DNA of 64,000 bases from Patescibacteria group bacterium. Its GTDB lineage: Bacteria; Patescibacteriota; Minisyncoccia; UBA9983. The DNA lies in NCBI GenBank assembly GCA_040752125.1, contig JBFMFK010000003.1, positions 19,034-83,033 on the forward strand, read 5' to 3'. This document shows positions 15,443 through 24,231 of the stretch, one piece after another. Every line of letters begins with the position of its first letter. Positions within the stretch are counted from its first letter, which is position 1. The notes under the pieces were generated by a model, which made no database searches, was not told the DNA's origin, and saw only the letters and a program-made list of their open reading frames with translations. The translations under genes were made by a program, and so were the position numbers.

Positions 15443-18400
15443 ATGAGAAAATTTGAAAAATTTTTAAAGAAAACTTTATCAATAATCCTTTTGGTTATTT
15501 TGGTTAGTAGTGCTCTTTTTGCAAATCCCCAAACTGTTGAGGCGGCGACTTTTAATTGGACGCAGAGTAATTGGTCTGGCGGGGCTTCTGCCAACACTGC
15601 TTCTCATCCTACCAATCAAACCGGCTGGAGTTATTATGCTTCAAAAGATGCTAATTTATCCGCTGGAGCGAGCAGCTTAACTCTCTCCACTATTGCTTCT
15701 TCCACCACCCAAACCACGAATGCTGATTTTAATTCGGGAGCAACTTCAACAACGCAGGTGAGTAATAATAGTGTGGTGTTGGCAGTAGAAACGCCGGGAG
15801 CTTCTTGTGAAAGTAGCATTACTGTTAACCACACTGCCGGCGCAATATCGCCAATTACCACAAGTATTACTTATGGAACGGTAATTACTAATCTTACAGG
15901 ATCTAATAAATGCTGGATAACCCAAAACCTTGGTGCTTCCCAACAGGCAAGTTCAGCTACTGATAATACCGATGCCTCTGCTGGCTGGTATTGGCAATTT
16001 AACCGCAAGCAGGGGTATGCAGTTGGGCCAACACCTGCCTGGACAATTACATCCATTGATGAATCTAGCGACTGGACTTCAGCTAATGACCCCTGCACCA
16101 TAGAGCTGGGCACCGGTTGGCGCTTGCCTACTTATACTGAATGGGCTAATGCTGATGGAGGATGGGCTAACTATAACGATACATACGCTTCTGTGTTAAA
16201 ACTCCATGCTGCTGGCGGCCTCTTCGCCAGCAGTGGCGGCCTGTACGGCAGAGGCGCGACCGGCCTCTACTGGAGCAGTACTCAGTACATTAGCACCCTC
16301 GGCTACTACCTGATCTTCGACAGCAGCAGCAGCAACATGGGCAGCGACAACAATAAGGCGTCTGGGTTTTCGGTGCGCTGCCTTACAGATAATATTTTAG
16401 GCTACTACTCCTCTGGCACTTTTACTTCTAATGTGATTAATCTTGGAACAAATGTAAATTGGGGCAATCTTTCCTGGACTGAAACAGGAACAGGCACGAT
16501 AACTATGAAAGCTCGGTCTTGTGATGACAGCGCTTGTTCTGGTGAAGCAGCTTTCACAAGTTGTTCTAATATCACTAATGGCGCGGCTTTATCAACTGGT
16601 AATTGTGTAACTAATGGTCATCAATATATTCAATATCAAACTGCGCTCTCAACTTCAGATATCTCATTTACACCTTCTTTAGATGACGTGACTATTGGAT
16701 ATAATTATTATCCTTCTTCTCAAAATCTAACTTCATCTAAATACGATTCCTCATCTGACGGCAATGTTATTGGCGGCCTGGCTTGGGATGAGGATGCGAC
16801 TCTTACTTCTGGAACGAGTGTAACCCTGTCACTTCGCACTGCTTCAAGCACAGTTAATCTTGATTCTGCCTCTTGGAGCGATTTTACCAATGCCACAGCA
16901 AATTGTTCTAAAGCAGGGACAAGAGTAACTTGCACCTCTTCAGCCATTCCTTCTTCTATGAAAGACGGCTCTGGCGACCAGTGGCAGCAATATAAAGTTA
17001 CTCTGACTTCTACTGGTGCTAACAAACCCACTGTAACATCTGTCATTCTCACTTATGTGGTTAATGCTCGGCCGGAGTTTGATGTGCCTAATACCACTGC
17101 TTCCCAAATCTCTGATTCCGGCAGTGCTAACTGGGGCAAGGTGCAGATAACTTATCCTATTAAAGACATTGATACTACTTCTGGTTCTATTACTCCCGGA
17201 TATGTCACTCCTTCTTTTGAATATAATACTGGCTCTGGCTGGACAACCATTACCTCTGGTTATTTGAATTCCGGAGCTTTAGACAATAAAGCGGTGCAGG
17301 AAGGAAGCTATACATCGCACACTGCTTATTGGGACGCCAAAACGCAGATCCCTAGCACTTATACAACGACCGGCCAGATACGTATCACTATAAATGATAA
17401 TGAGGGCGCCAATAATTCCACCAGCACTACCATTTCCAATATTACCATTGACACTACGAATCCAACTTTATCAGCTTTTACCCTTGACTCGTCCGCGGAT
17501 ACTTTAACGATTTCTGCTTCTGATAATTCTAATCTCCAATATCTAATTTCTAATAACCAAGACGGCTCGGCTGATGGCTCTAATGCTATTTCCAGCTCTT
17601 GGCAAACAGTAGGAGGAACTTCTACCAGTACTACCCGCGCCTGGGCATATTCTCCGGACTCCACTGGTTATGAATCAGTTACTATTGCCTACAGAGATAT
17701 TTACGGAAACACTGCCACTACCACAGATATAGCGCCTTATCAGCCCAAGAACTTTTACTATAAAGATATCTGCAATACTGCTATCAATGACTGGAGAGAA
17801 TTTCTTTCTTGGGGAGTGTATACTGCCACCACCACTTCTTCTTGGGCTAATTACAAAGTTTATCGGTCCACAGATGGAACGACTTATTCTTTGCTTGGCA
17901 CTTTAAGCAGTGACGTTAATACCAATTACTATATTGATTCTTCTGTAGCTTCAACTACTACTTATTATTATAAAGTTTTAATCACTGATTCTGACGGAGA
18001 TATTTCATCTTTCACAGACCCGGTGTCCGATCTGCCCAATGGCCAGGGCGGTTCTGACTCTACCGCTCCCTTAATCACTTCCGGCCCTACTGTGACAGAA
18101 ACCAAATCAACCTGGGCAAGCATTGTCTGGACAACAGACGAGATTTCCAATTCAGTGGTGGAATACGGCTTGACAACTAGCTACGGCTTAACCAGCACGG
18201 TAAACACTATGGTTACTTCTCATTCTGTAACTTTAACCGGGCTCACTCCCAACACCACTTATTATTTTCGGGTTAAATCAACAGATATTGCCTCTAACAC
18301 GGTCACATCAAGCGGCTCGTCATTTGTCACCACTCAAGGACCGATTATCTCTTCTGTCACAGCAGAGAGCGTGACTGACAATACCGCTTCTATTGTCTGG

Positions 18401-20335
18401 AACACTACCACTGATTCTTCTTCTTGGGTCTATTATTCCACCAGCGCCTCGTTTACCAGTTCTTCTACAGAAGGCACTAATACTTTGGTTGGCACCTCAA
18501 CTGCCGGCTATTACCAGCACCGCGTAACCCTGACTGGACTGACAAAGAACACAACCTACTATTATTATGTTAAGTCAACTGACGCTAATTCTGACACTGC
18601 CACAGACACCAATGGCGGCAATTATTATACTTTTACCACTACTTATGACAATCAGCCGCCAGTGATTTCAGACATTACAGTTCCGGTCCGGGCATATAAC
18701 GCTTTGGTTGTTACCTGGAACACTGATGAAAACGCCAATACACGGCTGTATTATGATACTGTAAGTCATGTTGATTGTTCTGGATATTCTAATAGTTCAA
18801 CTTTAGACACCAACCTGACTATTTCCCATGCTGCGGCAATAACTTCCCTTATTGGAGAAACCGCTTATTATTACAGGGTTATTTCAGCTGACGCTAATGG
18901 CAACACCACTTGCTCTAGCGAGCAGGAGACCTCCACTGTGGCTGAGAATGAAATTATTACTGTTTATGTCGGCGGTGGAGGGCCTTCTACGCCTGTTGTT
19001 GTTGATACCACAGCCCCGGCTATTTCCAATATTAATGTCAGCGATATCTCGGCTTTTGGAGCAACAGTGAATTTTAGCATCAGCGAGCCAGCAGCAGGAT
19101 TTGTTCATTACGGCAAGGACACTAATTACGGATTTATTGCCGGTTCTGACACCTTGGCCTCCAGCCACAGCGTAAAATTAGCCGGCTTGCGCCTGGGCAC
19201 AGAATATCATTATAAAGTAACGGCTATGGACAAAGCCGGTAATGTGGGCCAGTCTTCAGACCAGACCTTTTCCACTCTTTTTGCTGCAGAGGCTCTGGAA
19301 GAATTAACGACTTTGGAAAATGCAGAGCAGTTCCAGGAGCAACTAGAAGGAATAATTGAGTCAGTTATGCCTTCCTTGGTTCCTCCTTTTGTGAGCAATG
19401 TCATAGTTGACAATATCACAGAAACTTCTGCTACGGTCAAATGGAAAACCAATATTCCTGCTTTCGGTTCTGTTTCCTATGCAAGTGATTCTGAATATAA
19501 TCAAGACAAGGAAAAACCATATGTGGTGGAAATTGTTGAGAGTACAAAAGAAAAAATTAAAGAACATACTCTAGAGCTGCGCGACCTCTCTCCCGCAACC
19601 AAATATCATCTTCAGGCAAAGTCTTATGTTTTTCCGGATGTGATAGGCAAATCCAAAGATTCTGAATTTTATACATTATCATCAAAGATAAAGCCGGAGA
19701 TCACAAGAGTGGGCAATACTGATGCTGAAGTGAGATGGGTGACTGCTAAAGAAACATCTTCTTTTGCCGAATACCGAAATCTTGCGACAAATAAATTAGG
19801 AAGGATGGGAGATGATAGAAGAGTTCAAAGTCACTTCTTAAAGATAGAAAATCTTGCTCCGGGAACAAATTATGAAATCAAGGTCTTTGGCTATGACCAA
19901 GACAATAATATTATTGAAGCTGATTCCATTACCATCAGGACCAAACAAGATATATCTCCGCCTGTTATTTCTTCCATCAGGATTGATAATGCCATGGTTC
20001 CCGGCAAAAGGGATAAACTTCAGACAGTGATCTCCTGGAAAACAGACGAATCATCCAATTCCCGAGTTTATTTTGAAGAAGGAATTGGAATTTCAGATAA
20101 GCTTACCAATAAGACTGGTCAAGAGAATGAATATACCACAGACCACATTGTCATCATTACCTCAATGAAGCCAGCCACAGTTTATAGAATCAAAGTTTCT
20201 TCCAGGGATGAGGCCGGCAATACAGCTGATTCTCCAATGAGGACCTTTTTGACTCCGCGCTCTGCAGAATCTGTTTTAGATGTCATTGTCCGCAATTTTG
20301 AGGAAAGCTTTGGATTCCTCAAGCGCCTGCGCTAA
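15443..20335 (+). CDS. 1630-aa secreted/surface protein: signal peptide, FISUMP/DUF1566-like domain (…CWITQNLGA…GWRLPTYTEW…GFSVRCL), Ser/Thr-rich linker regions and ~7 fibronectin-III/PAP-N-like repeats
   Basis: The N-terminus has a hydrophobic core followed by VEAATF. The FISUMP hallmarks KCW..QNL, GWRLPT..EW and G.SVRC are present. The repeated FN3-type units each end in ...Y.Y.V.S.D..GN. There is no C-terminal anchor. Confidence 0.85.
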   Translation: MRKFEKFLKKTLSIILLVILVSSALFANPQTVEAATFNWTQSNWSGGASANTASHPTNQTGWSYYASKDANLSAGASSLTLSTIASSTTQTTNADFNSGATSTTQVSNNSVVLAVETPGASCESSITVNHTAGAISPITTSITYGTVITNLTGSNKCWITQNLGASQQASSATDNTDASAGWYWQFNRKQGYAVGPTPAWTITSIDESSDWTSANDPCTIELGTGWRLPTYTEWANADGGWANYNDTYASVLKLHAAGGLFASSGGLYGRGATGLYWSSTQYISTLGYYLIFDSSSSNMGSDNNKASGFSVRCLTDNILGYYSSGTFTSNVINLGTNVNWGNLSWTETGTGTITMKARSCDDSACSGEAAFTSCSNITNGAALSTGNCVTNGHQYIQYQTALSTSDISFTPSLDDVTIGYNYYPSSQNLTSSKYDSSSDGNVIGGLAWDEDATLTSGTSVTLSLRTASSTVNLDSASWSDFTNATANCSKAGTRVTCTSSAIPSSMKDGSGDQWQQYKVTLTSTGANKPTVTSVILTYVVNARPEFDVPNTTASQISDSGSANWGKVQITYPIKDIDTTSGSITPGYVTPSFEYNTGSGWTTITSGYLNSGALDNKAVQEGSYTSHTAYWDAKTQIPSTYTTTGQIRITINDNEGANNSTSTTISNITIDTTNPTLSAFTLDSSADTLTISASDNSNLQYLISNNQDGSADGSNAISSSWQTVGGTSTSTTRAWAYSPDSTGYESVTIAYRDIYGNTATTTDIAPYQPKNFYYKDICNTAINDWREFLSWGVYTATTTSSWANYKVYRSTDGTTYSLLGTLSSDVNTNYYIDSSVASTTTYYYKVLITDSDGDISSFTDPVSDLPNGQGGSDSTAPLITSGPTVTETKSTWASIVWTTDEISNSVVEYGLTTSYGLTSTVNTMVTSHSVTLTGLTPNTTYYFRVKSTDIASNTVTSSGSSFVTTQGPIISSVTAESVTDNTASIVWNTTTDSSSWVYYSTSASFTSSSTEGTNTLVGTSTAGYYQHRVTLTGLTKNTTYYYYVKSTDANSDTATDTNGGNYYTFTTTYDNQPPVISDITVPVRAYNALVVTWNTDENANTRLYYDTVSHVDCSGYSNSSTLDTNLTISHAAAITSLIGETAYYYRVISADANGNTTCSSEQETSTVAENEIITVYVGGGGPSTPVVVDTTAPAISNINVSDISAFGATVNFSISEPAAGFVHYGKDTNYGFIAGSDTLASSHSVKLAGLRLGTEYHYKVTAMDKAGNVGQSSDQTFSTLFAAEALEELTTLENAEQFQEQLEGIIESVMPSLVPPFVSNVIVDNITETSATVKWKTNIPAFGSVSYASDSEYNQDKEKPYVVEIVESTKEKIKEHTLELRDLSPATKYHLQAKSYVFPDVIGKSKDSEFYTLSSKIKPEITRVGNTDAEVRWVTAKETSSFAEYRNLATNKLGRMGDDRRVQSHFLKIENLAPGTNYEIKVFGYDQDNNIIEADSITIRTKQDISPPVISSIRIDNAMVPGKRDKLQTVISWKTDESSNSRVYFEEGIGISDKLTNKTGQENEYTTDHIVIITSMKPATVYRIKVSSRDEAGNTADSPMRTFLTPRSAESVLDVIVRNFEESFGFLKRLR

Positions 20336-20411
20336 CGTTAAAATCAGAAATTAAAAATCAAAACTCTTTGTAATTTGTTAAAAATATGTTATATTATATT
20401 TTTGACATTAT

Positions 20412-20482
20412 GGGCCTATAGTTTAGTGGCAGAACACCGCTTTTGCACAGCGGAAATGGCAGTTCGATTCTGCCTAGGTCCA
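20412..20482 (+). tRNA. tRNA-Ala (anticodon UGC)
   Basis: The cloverleaf can be drawn by hand. The acceptor stem GGGCCTA/TAGGTCC includes the G3:U70 wobble that is the Ala identity element. The anticodon stem is CCGCT/AGCGG with loop TTTGCAC, the T-loop is TTCGATT, and there is no encoded CCA. Confidence 0.85.
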
Positions 20483-20483
20483 A

Positions 20484-21185
20484 ATGCATCCTCTTTTTGA
20501 AGCGCACCTAGAGAGAAAGACATTTGATCATGGATACTTAATGTTGGGTGATTTTTCAGTTTCTCTTTCATATGTTATGGAAGCTGCAAAAGTTATTCTT
20601 GATCCTCCGGCTGGCAGATTAGACATTCATCCTGATTTTTTTCATTTTAGATTTGGCTCTTTCGGCATTGACAACAGCAGGGAAATAATTTATAAAGCCT
20701 CGCAGAAACCGCTTTTGGGAAGGGCAAAAGTTTTTATCATTGAAACAAACTCTTTCACAATAGAATCAGCCAATGCGCTTTTAAAAATAATGGAAGAACC
20801 AACCAAAAATACCTTTTTTTTCATCATTGCTTCAGCCAGAGAAAATATTATTCCTACGCTTTGTTCACGATTGACAATCATAAATAATTTTATATCTGAC
20901 ATAAAAATTGGTGGAGAAGAGAGGAAAATTTATGAAAAATTTTTTTCTGATCTGCCGACAAAAAGGATAAATTTAATAAAATCTTTTGAAAAAGACAGAC
21001 AAAGAGCCATAAAATTTCTTAACGGCCTAGAGATTTTTTTATCAGAAGAGTTAATTAGAAAGAAGAATATCTCTATCTCCGAAGCCTTAAAAGAGATAGC
21101 GAGGACACGCGGATTGATTTTGAGCAGAGCCGCCTCTGTCAAGATGATAATGGAACATCTTGCCTTAAGTTTACCGCAAATGTAA
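20484..21185 (+). CDS. holB: DNA polymerase III delta-prime (HolB)-like clamp-loader subunit, degenerate P-loop
   Basis: SANALLKIMEEP and PTLCSRL are present (delta-prime sensor-1/SRC region). The start directly abuts the tRNA, so the true start may be downstream. Confidence 0.5.
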   Translation: MHPLFEAHLERKTFDHGYLMLGDFSVSLSYVMEAAKVILDPPAGRLDIHPDFFHFRFGSFGIDNSREIIYKASQKPLLGRAKVFIIETNSFTIESANALLKIMEEPTKNTFFFIIASARENIIPTLCSRLTIINNFISDIKIGGEERKIYEKFFSDLPTKRINLIKSFEKDRQRAIKFLNGLEIFLSEELIRKKNISISEALKEIARTRGLILSRAASVKMIMEHLALSLPQM

Positions 21186-21210
21186 AATAGGAATAATCAT
21201 CAAAAAGTTT

Positions 21211-21759
21211 ATGTATGATTTGTCAGCAATCAATAAAAAGGGTGCGGAAATGAAAGACTGGTTCAAAAAGGAAATAGGCTCATTGCGCACCGGCCGGGCC
21301 ACCCCAGCCTTAATGGAAAATATTTTTGTTGATGTCTATGGCAGTAAAAGCCTCGTCAAACAAGTCGCTTCAATTACTGTTGAAGATGCAAAGACTCTGC
21401 GCATTACGCCATGGGATGTTTCCTTGCTAAAAAATATTGAGAATGCACTGATGAACGCGAATTTCGGGAGCAATCCGATCGTTGATAAACAATCTGTCAG
21501 CATATCATTGCCTCAACTGACTGAAGAAAGGAGGAAGGCATTAGTAAAAATTGTCAATGAAAAGCTGGAGCAGGCAAAAATCTCTTTGAAGGTGGAGCGC
21601 GATGAATTATGGAGAGACATCCAAGAAAAAGAAAGGAAAGGCATCATTACCGAAGATGAAAAATTCAGATTAAAGGATAAATTACAGAAGGAACTTGCAA
21701 AAATTAATGATGAGCTCACAGAAATTGCTGTACGCAAAGAAGAAGAAATAATGAGTTAA
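21211..21759 (+). CDS. frr: ribosome recycling factor
   Basis: LRTGRATPALMENIFVDVYGS is present, with the coiled-coil C-terminal half typical of RRF. Confidence 0.85.
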   Translation: MYDLSAINKKGAEMKDWFKKEIGSLRTGRATPALMENIFVDVYGSKSLVKQVASITVEDAKTLRITPWDVSLLKNIENALMNANFGSNPIVDKQSVSISLPQLTEERRKALVKIVNEKLEQAKISLKVERDELWRDIQEKERKGIITEDEKFRLKDKLQKELAKINDELTEIAVRKEEEIMS

Positions 21760-21765
21760 AAATTT

Positions 21766-22818
21766 ATGTCTATTATCTTATTTGTTTTTATTTTGGCTCT
21801 TTTAATTTTGTCCCACGAATTTGGACATTTTATTATTGCCAAGAAAAGCGGAGTGCGGGTAGATGAATTCGGTTTTGGATTTCCGCCCAGACTTTTAAAA
21901 TTCAAAAAGGGTGAGACAATTTACAGCATCAATCTTATTCCCTTTGGCGGATTTGTAAAGATATATGGAGAAGAAGGAGCGGAGAAGCAAGACCCAAGGA
22001 GTTTTGCTTCCAAACCAATTAGCATCAGGGCTTTGGTGATAGCAGCAGGCGTTATTTTCAATATTTTTCTTGGCTGGATTTTGATTTCCAGCGGATATAT
22101 GGTGGGCCTGCCCACCAGCGTCAGTTCTGCGCCAGCAGGTGCGGAAATAAGCGAGAGAAGCATTATTATTTTGGAAGTCAGGAACGGAACGCCAGCTGAA
22201 ATCGCTGATTTAAAAGCAGGCGACAAAATTCTTGGTTTTAATTCCATTGAAGAATTCCAAAGTTTTGTTGCAGAAAATAAGGGCAGGGAAGTGAAATTAA
22301 ATTACCAAAGAGGCGAAGAGAATTTTTCGGCAAAAATTACACCAAGAGCAGATCCTCCTCAAGGTCAAGGGTCTTTGGGGATTAGTTTGGATGAAATTGG
22401 GATTGTGAAAATTCCTTGGTATCGGGCGGTGTGGGAAGGGGCAAAGGTAACTTACAATTTGCTTATTACAATCGCTGTTTCCATTTATATGTTTGTTGCC
22501 AATGCCATCAAAGGTCTGGCGGGATTTGAGCAGGTCTTGGGGCCGGTGGGAATTGTTACCGTAACCGGCACTGTGGCAAAAATGGGGTTTGCTTATATTT
22601 TGAATTTTGTCGCTTTGCTTTCTATCAATTTAGCTATCATTAATATCCTGCCTTTTCCGTCATTGGACGGCGGCCGGCTGTTGTTTCTGGCAATAGAGAA
22701 AATAAAGGGATCGCCAGTTAATCCGAAAATCAGCGGCATTATCCATAGCATCGGCCTGGCATTGCTTTTAATTCTTATGCTCGCCATAACCTACCATGAT
22801 ATCATGAGGTTGATATAG
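21766..22818 (+). CDS. rseP: RIP metalloprotease RseP (site-2 protease, M50) with PDZ domain
   Basis: HExxH is present as LSHEFGHFIIAK. A PDZ-like segment lies between the TM helices, and the C-terminal motif LPFPSLDGGRLL is present. Confidence 0.85.
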   Translation: MSIILFVFILALLILSHEFGHFIIAKKSGVRVDEFGFGFPPRLLKFKKGETIYSINLIPFGGFVKIYGEEGAEKQDPRSFASKPISIRALVIAAGVIFNIFLGWILISSGYMVGLPTSVSSAPAGAEISERSIIILEVRNGTPAEIADLKAGDKILGFNSIEEFQSFVAENKGREVKLNYQRGEENFSAKITPRADPPQGQGSLGISLDEIGIVKIPWYRAVWEGAKVTYNLLITIAVSIYMFVANAIKGLAGFEQVLGPVGIVTVTGTVAKMGFAYILNFVALLSINLAIINILPFPSLDGGRLLFLAIEKIKGSPVNPKISGIIHSIGLALLLILMLAITYHDIMRLI

Positions 22819-22944
22819 TCAACGACTCGTCGATGACTCGACAACGGTTGTCGAGTTTGTAATAAAGGGTGCAACTACGATGCGATCGCATTTGTTCGAC
22901 TTCCGAAGTCGAACATTAGTCGATAATCTTAATGGTTTTGACTA
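22819..22944. promoter_or_regulatory. GC-richer structured intergenic region with 7 GTCGA/TCGAC occurrences, a 7-bp/3-nt hairpin (TCGACAA-cgg-TTGTCGA, 22838..22854) and the perfect palindrome GTTCGACTTC-c-GAAGTCGAAC (22894..22914)
   Basis: Direct read. The composition contrasts with the flanking AT-rich DNA. Confidence 0.5.
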
Positions 22945-24231
22945 TTGGATTTTTTTAATGTAAAATTTAAAACAATGAGACAATCAAAGCTATTCCCAAA
23001 AACATTGAGAGAAGATCCAAAGGATGAAGTTTCCATCAATGCCAAGCTCCTGATAAGGGGCGGCTTTATAGATAAATTAATGGGAGGAGTTTACAGTTTT
23101 CTTCCCTTAGGATTTTGTGTCCTTAAAAAAATAGAGAATATTATAAGAGAAGAAATGGAAGCCGCAGGAGGACAGGAGATACTGATGCCGGTTATTCAAC
23201 CAAAAGAGAATTGGCTAATAACTAAAAGATGGGACACTTATGATACCTTATTTAAGTTTGCGAGTTTTTATTCAAAAACAGAATTTGCTCTCGGTCCCAC
23301 CCATGAAGAAATTATTTCTCCTTTGGTAGGCAAATTCTCTTTATCTTATAAAAATCTTCCACTTTATCTTTTTCAAATTCAAACTAAATTAAGAGATGAG
23401 AAAAGAGTTAAGGCCGGCATTCTGCGCGGCAGAGAATTTATAATGAAAGATCTCTATTCTTTTCATACTGATGAGAAAGACCTTGATAGATATTATGAAA
23501 AAATGAAAAAACATTATATGAATATATTCAAGAAATGCGGGGTAGGTGACAAAACTTTTATCACATTTGCTTCAGGAGGAACTTTTTCAAAATATTCCCA
23601 TGAATTTCAGACTGTCACAGAGGCAGGAGAAGATAAAATTTTTATTTGCGATAGCCATGCGGGGAAGCAAAATTCCAACAAAGGTTGCCAGACTGCAATC
23701 AATAAAGAAATATTTGACGAACAAAACTTTTGTCCGGTTTGCAAGGGTAAGAAATTCAAAGAAAAAAAAGCCATAGAAATAGGCAATATTTTCAAGTTAA
23801 AAACCAAATACTCTTCCCCTTTTGGTTTAAAATTCACAGATAAAGATGGAAATAATAAAGATGTTATCATGGGATGCTATGGCATAGGTTTAGGTCGGCT
23901 TTTGGGAGCAATCGTAGAAGTGCATCATGATTCAAAAGGTATCATCTGGCCGGAATCGGTTTCTCCCTTTAAGATTCATCTTTTGGAGCTTGATAGGAGT
24001 GTTAGAGACCTTTATGCGTATTTAAACAAAAACGGCATAGAGGTATTATATGATGACAGAAAAGATGTTACTGCAGGAGAAAAATTCAATGACGCGGATT
24101 TGCTGGGAATACCATATAGAGTAATAGTCAGTAAAAAAACTTTAAAGGCCGGGAAAATAGAAGTAAAAAAAAGAGGATCAGAAAAACCAAAATTGATTTT
24201 AAAAAAAGATTTGTTGAGATATGTTAAATAA
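22945..24231 (+). CDS. proS: prolyl-tRNA synthetase, short bacterial-type without editing insertion; carries a Cys/His-rich insert (CDSHAG…C…CPVC)
   Basis: Class II motifs are present. The N-terminus MRQSKLFPKTLRE and the anticodon-binding C-terminus match ProRS. The probable true start is MRQSK at 22975. Confidence 0.85.
   Translation: MDFFNVKFKTMRQSKLFPKTLREDPKDEVSINAKLLIRGGFIDKLMGGVYSFLPLGFCVLKKIENIIREEMEAAGGQEILMPVIQPKENWLITKRWDTYDTLFKFASFYSKTEFALGPTHEEIISPLVGKFSLSYKNLPLYLFQIQTKLRDEKRVKAGILRGREFIMKDLYSFHTDEKDLDRYYEKMKKHYMNIFKKCGVGDKTFITFASGGTFSKYSHEFQTVTEAGEDKIFICDSHAGKQNSNKGCQTAINKEIFDEQNFCPVCKGKKFKEKKAIEIGNIFKLKTKYSSPFGLKFTDKDGNNKDVIMGCYGIGLGRLLGAIVEVHHDSKGIIWPESVSPFKIHLLELDRSVRDLYAYLNKNGIEVLYDDRKDVTAGEKFNDADLLGIPYRVIVSKKTLKAGKIEVKKRGSEKPKLILKKDLLRYVK

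Noticed and set aside
15634-19567. About ten antisense ORFs (60-110 aa) predicted on the minus strand inside the 1630-aa gene
   Set aside because: They all lie within a long, well-supported plus-strand ORF. Its GC- and Thr/Ser/Ala-rich codons suppress stop codons on the opposite strand. None has a recognisable motif or RBS.
20378-20411. Sigma-70-like promoter for tRNA-Ala (TTGTAA-N16-TATATT, TTGACA at 20404)
   Set aside because: Spacing to the mature tRNA 5' end does not fit either hexamer pair convincingly. It was left unannotated.
12846-20482. Integrase, transposase or phage genes that would mark the accessory region as a mobile island
   Set aside because: Reading all ORFs in and around the region found no tyrosine or serine recombinase, DDE transposase or phage structural motifs. 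The island interpretation therefore rests only on content, repeats and the adjacent tRNA.
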